From Schizochytrium sp. TIO01 (taxonomy: Eukaryota > Protista > Bigyra: Labyrinthulomycetes), in NCBI GenBank assembly GCA_004764695.1, contig SMSO01000034.1:3596001-3660000 (forward strand): DNA of 64,000 bases. The letters are read 5' to 3'. Made by a program: the position numbers and the translations under genes. Every line of letters starts with the position of its first letter. Position 1 is the stretch's first letter. The notes beneath the pieces were generated by a model. That model had not been told where the DNA came from, did no database searches, and worked only from the letters and a program-made list of their open reading frames with translations. Positions 57,923-64,000 of the stretch are shown here, piece by piece.

Positions 57923-58885
57923 CTACTTAGTTACTTGACTACGTCCTTTCGAACATTCAAGTTGGAAAGGACATTGCACACCCAGAAATTCGAGTTGGTG
58001 TAGCTCAGGCCCGGTACAACTCGTGGGCTGTGAGATACTTGACAAACAACCGACTGTGTTGCTTTGCAGGCAGAGAAGAGAAGCTGGTGGTTTATTATCC
58101 ATGGATGAAATTCGATCTTGCTTGCACGCGCTCATCAAGCTAGAACCTATGGCAGAAGCCCAAGTCAAATCCGGTGGTGATGCTCTACATGTCGTTGGCG
58201 TTCCCATCATCATGTTCATGTTCACGTGAGTTGCTGCACTCGAAGGCTACAAAGGCTGACAAGAGATGATTTTCTCACAATTATGAGCAATGCACATAAA
58301 CTCGAGGGAACCACATAGTGATTTGATCAAGTTCACAACTTTGACAACCTTGTTCGCTGACTATGCGCATGTATGCTGCGAGCGCCACCCTGCCTGAAAA
58401 TCGAAGCGCCTCCAATGTGGTTCGCAAAACGAAGATGAAAGAGGCCACTCGGCTGATGAACATTATTATGGTGGTAGCAATAGTATTAACAGCACCACGA
58501 AACGAAAAGCCATCGTTCACTCCTCTCGAGCCGAAGACAATCAAACACGCGCAACTTGTGAGCGCATGCCAAACCTTCACGCTCTTGGTTGCGAGATAAA
58601 CAACTCTGCGCTAGCTCATCTGTTGTATAATCCTCGGCTGCCTCAGAATGAACGCCGATGGATTCGCAATTCACAATGCCTCGTGTAACTTCTAAGCCAG
58701 CTTCAAGTACCTACCCAGATATGAACTTTGCATCTTACGTGGATGAACCCAAGAGGGTTCGTGCAACGAAGAACGAGGCAGCTAATTCGCTGGAGTTGAA
58801 GCCAGAGCTCGTTCGAGCCACGGGAGCGAGGGGAGATTTGTGGGCAGGCCCTGAGCATGGAAGAACACTCACTCAATCATTCTGA
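57923..58885 (-). pseudogene. Decayed relic, possibly of a membrane protein
   Basis: Coding-like composition with broken frames. Hydrophobic pieces VWHALTSCACLIVFG and IATTIIMFISRVASFIFVL. Confidence 0.25.
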
Positions 58886-59182
58886 CGAAGTGAATCATAT
58901 ATTACTCTAAAATGTTCGTCCGCTCTGACGCTTTGTATCGTTCAATTAAAAATCAGGTTTTGGCCAATCTATAAGTGAAACAAACAGAACACATTCTTCT
59001 TTTTTCTTTAAAAAAAAAGAAAAAAGAAGGAAAGTGGAAGTCGAATAAATACCGCACACAGTGAAGAAAATAGCAGCAAACTTCATCAGCAGGAGCTGAT
59101 CGACGTGCTCGTGGCAAGTCGAGGTGCCCCGGTTTGCTTGCAGTGGCGCTCAACACTGTCTGCACACCTTTTGGCATCCATC

Positions 59183-60778
59183 ATGCCGGAGCGTGACAGC
59201 TCTGACGAGTCTCCAGTGCCTTTGAGGCGGGAATCGACAGGATCGACCTCACCACAGAGTCGCGGCGGCACCCGGAGGGTCTCCATGGAGAACGGGACCC
59301 CGTCAAAGCGAAGTCAAGGGCCCGAAGCAAGATCTCCACTTACAGACGAGGGCTTTAATACTCCTGTGAAACCTCGGAGAAGGTCCCGCACCGACAGTGC
59401 ACAGAAAACGCCACAACTGACGAGGTCTCGGCGGAAGTCAGGCAGCGGACGCAAACTTAAGAGGGCCTCAGGGTCCTCTTCACGCGTTGAAATCCGTGAA
59501 GTTAATGAGAAAACTTATGAAGGTATCTGGGAAGGAGATCTTATTGTGGGCGTGGGCACTGTGCGTGATAGATTCGGCGAGTACGAAGGCACATTCAACG
59601 AAGACCTTCTTGGGGAAGGCAAGGGCACGAAAACATTTTTCAATGGCGATTGGCACAGCGGTATGTACAAACAAGGCGCCTTTCATGGTAATGGTACATA
59701 TGTGTACCAGAATGGGGACCGCTTTGACGGTCTTTTTGTAAATAATCAATTGGCAAAGGGTATCTTCCGCTGGACGCAAGGCCATGTTTATGCTGGCACA
59801 TTCGTAAATGGCCTCCCGGAAGGCGAGGGCTCGAAACGGTGCTCAGATGGGCGCCAATACGATGGTTCATGGAAAGAGGGCAAAGCCCATGGATGGGGCA
59901 TTCGCACTTATCCGAACGGCGATCGTCATGAAGGAATGTACCAAGATGATGAACGTCATGGGTTCGGCCGGTATAAATGGCAGGATGGTGAGCAATTAGA
60001 TGGTTTCTGGATTGATGGCGTTCTGCAAGGTCGTGCGCGTCGAACCTTCGCAAATAAAGATGTAGTGATGTGCAAAGCTCAAGACAACCGCTTCTCTGGT
60101 CTTGGCGTGCGCCGCTCAGCAGAATACCCCTCTGGGTGTTATGTAGGCTTTTTGAACGAGGAAGGTCAACCACAAGGTCTTGGTTGTGTGAATGAGATTT
60201 TTCAGAGCTCACAAAGATTGTTAGGCCCTTTTGACAGTGACTCCATGGTAGTTGGTTTTGGCATCAAGGTATATGCCCAGGGAGCGTTTTATGCGGGTCT
60301 TTTAAAAAATAGTTTCCCACATGGCTTCGGAGTGTTCCATTGGCCAAATGGATGTACACATCGAGGCCACTGGCGTTATGGAAAACAGCATGGAAAGGGT
60401 GAAATATCATATCCAGATGGATGTAAAATGCAATCCGCTTGGAGAAATGGCATTATCCACGGACAGTGCAAGGCGCAATTTCCTGCGCAGGAAATCGAGG
60501 GCGAGGGAGCCACCATAATGCATGTAACATCTGAATGGGCAGATGGACATCGCACAACTGAGTTTATCGCAGATGAAGCTGATGGCGATCTCCCGTTTGC
60601 GTTCGCTGATTGTAATACCTATGATGACCTCATTGCGAAAGAGGAAGTCCCTGTGTTGCCTCGTGTTGCGGACGATACGCTGGCCAGTATGATGCTGCCC
60701 GATTTAGACCCTTTTGGTATCATGCCAATTCTGAACCCCGACCCAGCGCTACTTGTTCTTCAAAGAGAAGATAACTGA
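59183..60778 (+). CDS. MORN-repeat protein
   Basis: More than 10 YxGxW/F…GxG repeats (e.g. YDGSWKEGKAHGWG, HRGHWRYGKQHGKG) and a basic Ser/Arg-rich N-terminus. ATG 59183. Confidence 0.92.
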   Translation: MPERDSSDESPVPLRRESTGSTSPQSRGGTRRVSMENGTPSKRSQGPEARSPLTDEGFNTPVKPRRRSRTDSAQKTPQLTRSRRKSGSGRKLKRASGSSSRVEIREVNEKTYEGIWEGDLIVGVGTVRDRFGEYEGTFNEDLLGEGKGTKTFFNGDWHSGMYKQGAFHGNGTYVYQNGDRFDGLFVNNQLAKGIFRWTQGHVYAGTFVNGLPEGEGSKRCSDGRQYDGSWKEGKAHGWGIRTYPNGDRHEGMYQDDERHGFGRYKWQDGEQLDGFWIDGVLQGRARRTFANKDVVMCKAQDNRFSGLGVRRSAEYPSGCYVGFLNEEGQPQGLGCVNEIFQSSQRLLGPFDSDSMVVGFGIKVYAQGAFYAGLLKNSFPHGFGVFHWPNGCTHRGHWRYGKQHGKGEISYPDGCKMQSAWRNGIIHGQCKAQFPAQEIEGEGATIMHVTSEWADGHRTTEFIADEADGDLPFAFADCNTYDDLIAKEEVPVLPRVADDTLASMMLPDLDPFGIMPILNPDPALLVLQREDN

Positions 60779-61406
60779 ATAAACACGGAGAAAATAGTTC
60801 TGTGCAGACGCTGCTAGAAATTGGAGCAATGATAGATGTAGGTGAATAATATAGTATGAAGGAAGGGAATCGATGATCTTTCGCTATATCGCAAGAGAGA
60901 TGATTCGCGTAACACAAGCTTGTATATAATTTGGTAAATAACTGGGCACTACTCCCTGCTCTATTGTTAGATACTTCTAGCTCCTTCATGTTTTAGCACT
61001 CAGCAATTAGATTGGTTGTTTAACTTTAGCAGAACTAGGAAATAGAAATCATAGAATTGGATAGAATTATAACATTCATTGTATTCTGTTGCGATTAAAT
61101 CCTACAATAAGACTGGTTTTGTGTTTCGCAACGTGACTAGAGCAGCAGGTCGGCCCTAAATAGAGTATTCGTTAAAGTGACTTGATAACGACAAGGAAGC
61201 ACATGTGATTTGTCCAACTCTACTACGTTGTGGTCCGCAGTACCTGTCAAGGATCTACCGATATGAAAAATTAAGAAACACAGAGAAGAGGTGGGCGAAA
61301 AGAGCGGTGCAAGAGGCTTGCCCTTGCAAAGCGGGTAGTTGAAGAAGAGTAACTGATCCGGACCTTCCTCTTCCACACTTGATGATCAAGACTGTCTATA
61401 ACCTTG

Positions 61407-64000
61407 TTACTCGCCTTTGAAGCGATTTCTTCGTCGTCGGGAAGCAATTAAGGCAAGACTGCAAACACCGAAGATGAGGATTCCAGCACCTGCCCAACGC
61501 ATATAGCGTCCTGGGTTACTGTTGTGCATGGCAAGAATCTCCTCGCGCATCTTTGGATCCATTTCCTGGCGCATACGACGGTAGTTTGCCAATCTTTCTT
61601 GACGTTCCTTTTCAGACATGGCTCTATCGCCGTCAGCAGACCGCCTGTGCAGCAACTCTTCGTGAATTGCATTGCTCAGCCTTTTAGCTTCGGCATCTGC
61701 ACTGTCATCTGCACTGTCATCAATGACGTCTTCGTTATCATCATCATCACCAAGGAGATCATGAGCCTCTCGATCGACTCGCTTCTCGAAAGCTCCTGAA
61801 TCCCATTCTACATCAGAATCTTCCTCGGCATCCGCGTCCAATGTTTCGTGATCGTCGTCATACTGTGCTTCCTTAGGTTCTTGTGAGTCCTTTGACTTAA
61901 GAGCAGAAGTTGAAGAAGAAGAGGTTTTCTTCGCACTCACAACGGAACCGAGAGGTTCCAGGCTGAAGTCATCATTACTACTTTCACTGTCAACGCCAAG
62001 CGCTGCGAAAGCAGCAAAGGCTTCGTCATCTTCATCATCTTTGACACCTTGGTCAGAGTTGCTAGATAATGCAGATGCCTTCTTGCTAGGGCGGTTCCCG
62101 TAGTCTGAGGCTTCAAAATCGTCCTCCTCGTCCTCGTCCTCGTTATCCTTCTTCTTCTTCTTCTTCTTCTTCTTCTTCTTCTTCTTCATCATCATCATCA
62201 TCGTCGTCACCAACCTCTTCACTATCTCCATCGTCCTCCTCTTCTTCCTCCTCGCCATCTTCAGCTTCGCCTGATGTCTCATCTTCAATGTTCTCTTCAT
62301 CTTGAGCAGAGGCGCTCTTACCAGTAGTTCCTAGGCCTTTGATAGGTGATTTGCTCGCCACTATACTGTCGAGACTGACCTCAGAAGCGTCAAAGGAGAA
62401 CGCGTCATCATCTTCTGAGAAGGTGTCGCTTGTGGTAACTTGTTCATCACCCGTTTCAAGGACATCCGAATTTGAGCTGTCCTCCTCTAACTCCTTGTCG
62501 TCGTTCTGTACCACTGCAGGTTTCTTTTTCTCAGATTCCAGCAACCTTTCTTGACTTTGCTTAATCGTCGGCTTAGTTTCCACTTTGACCTCTGATGCGG
62601 AAGGCTTGGGCACAGGCTTGGGCTTCTTGGCTTTGGAGCTAATTGCTGGGTCATCGAAAGCAGAAAGCAAATCATCAAGGCTCATATCACCGGGCTTGAC
62701 GTCCTCCTCAACCTCACTTGCACCCCCTCCAGACGAATCACCAAATCCTGCGTCGCTATCATCATTGTACATAGAAGAGGACGAAGAAGAGTCTCCACGA
62801 AGACCTTTACTTTGGGTTTCTGAAGCCGTTGATCCCTCGGAAAGCATATCCAACGCCTTGGCTGCATCATCTGCAGAGAGACTAGCAGCAGGAACGTTAT
62901 CTGTAAGACTCGTAACCTCGGAAATAGCAACGGCTTGCTCATTAGCAAAAAGTTCTGCCATTTTCCAGAAGCCTGCCTCAAGTTCTTTTGCAATGGGAAT
63001 AATCTCTGTTTCGGGCACCTCGAAAATATCTTTGAGGAGCTTCGTCTTGTTACCGCGGGTTTCCACAATGAAAACATTCGGGATGCCCGCTTCAGCATAG
63101 ATCCAATCCACTCCAATACCTGTGTTTGATGCTGAGAACTCCTGTTCACGGGGCCGCCACTTGTAACGCATGTTGTTCACTGAACGCATGGCTTTGGCAA
63201 TGGACTTGCAGTTATCAAGGTTCTTGGATTGGACCACCTCAGATTCACCATTGTAATAGAAAGGAGGAAGGATTGCTCCAGAGCAGCAGTGCACATCAAA
63301 AAATGCATTGATACTCTTCGCGCGGCTCTTGTGCAAAAGCCAATCGCGCACAGCCTTGATCTCTGGCTCACTGAAAGGGTGCTTGCCCTGATACACTTCC
63401 GTGGTGGCCTTGTCGTTGCCAAATCCCCATGATTTATCCTTGACACCCCAGTTGCGGTTCAAGTCAATGCCGTGTACAGCACGCTCGCACTTTGAGCACA
63501 GATTACGCCGATTCTTACGCCACTGGCGAGCTTGCTCATTCTTTGAGGGTGGAAGACGTGTGAACTCATAGCCGTCAGGGTTAAGTACAGGCAGGAAGTG
63601 AACTTGGGTGCTAGCAAGAAGATCCACGCATTTCTGTTCCCCTTCTTCGTGGCATTTTAGAAGCTGCCATGCCGTATAAAGCGTCGCGTAAGGCGTGATC
63701 CATTCACGTCCATGCATGGTTGCCATAAGGAAGAGCTGGTACTTTGGTGTTGAAGAGCCAATCGAAAGCAGCGTTAACTTTCGTTTCTCAGCACTTTTTC
63801 CGATAGATGAAGTGGTGATGAGTTTCGACGATTTGTATGTCTTGTACAAAAGGTCCATAAACTTTTCAAGATCCTTGAATGGTGCCCATTGTTCAAAGAA
63901 GCTTTCCGAGAGCTCTACGCCACCGCTGCTGCTGCTGCTGCTACTCTTGCGTTTCTTGGACGCCGCAGATGCTGGTGTCGGTGAAAGCACTAGCAGGCAG
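61407..64000 (-). CDS. M14 zinc carboxypeptidase with long acidic stalk and C-terminal TM anchor; 5'-partial; one +1 frameshift at about 62147
   Basis: Zinc/catalytic motifs MHGREW, PVLNPDGY, WRKNR, GIDLNRNW, PFSEPE, DVH and VETR. The frame is open to the window edge with a signal-peptide-like end CLLVLSPTPASA. ORF 61407-62300 supplies more acidic stalk, TM WAGAGILIFGVCSLALIA and an RRRR stop-transfer signal. Confidence 0.88.

Overview
Eukaryotic nuclear DNA with moderate GC, intron-poor long ORFs and microsatellite-rich spacers. The gene content and style are most consistent with a stramenopile such as a thraustochytrid/labyrinthulomycete (inference, not proven). Thirteen apparently functional protein genes are present: a PHTF homolog, a small single-pass membrane protein, PEX11, a PH-like/ubiquitin-like-fold protein, a VIT-vWA protein with a (Cys-Cys-Asp)6 tail, MYCBP, a CMGC/DYRK-like kinase, CPT2, a two-domain CDC48-like AAA ATPase, a SYLF/Ysc84 protein, a HET(TIR-like)-TPR protein, a MORN-repeat protein and an M14 carboxypeptidase that runs off the right edge. 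Spacers hold many decayed coding relics and a ~10 kb gene desert (26.5-36.0 kb). No rRNA, tRNA, CRISPR array or intact transposon was recognised. Most notable: (1) the AAA ATPase has the Walker-B Glu replaced by Gln and the sensor-1 Asn replaced by Asp in BOTH ATPase domains; (2) a HET/TIR-like effector-TPR protein whose CaaX tail is reached only across two +1 frameshifts; (3) a third +1 frameshift separates the carboxypeptidase from its C-terminal membrane anchor, and assembly insertion error is the leading null for all three shifts; (4) eight perfect GCACGTGC G-box palindromes, seven of them non-coding.
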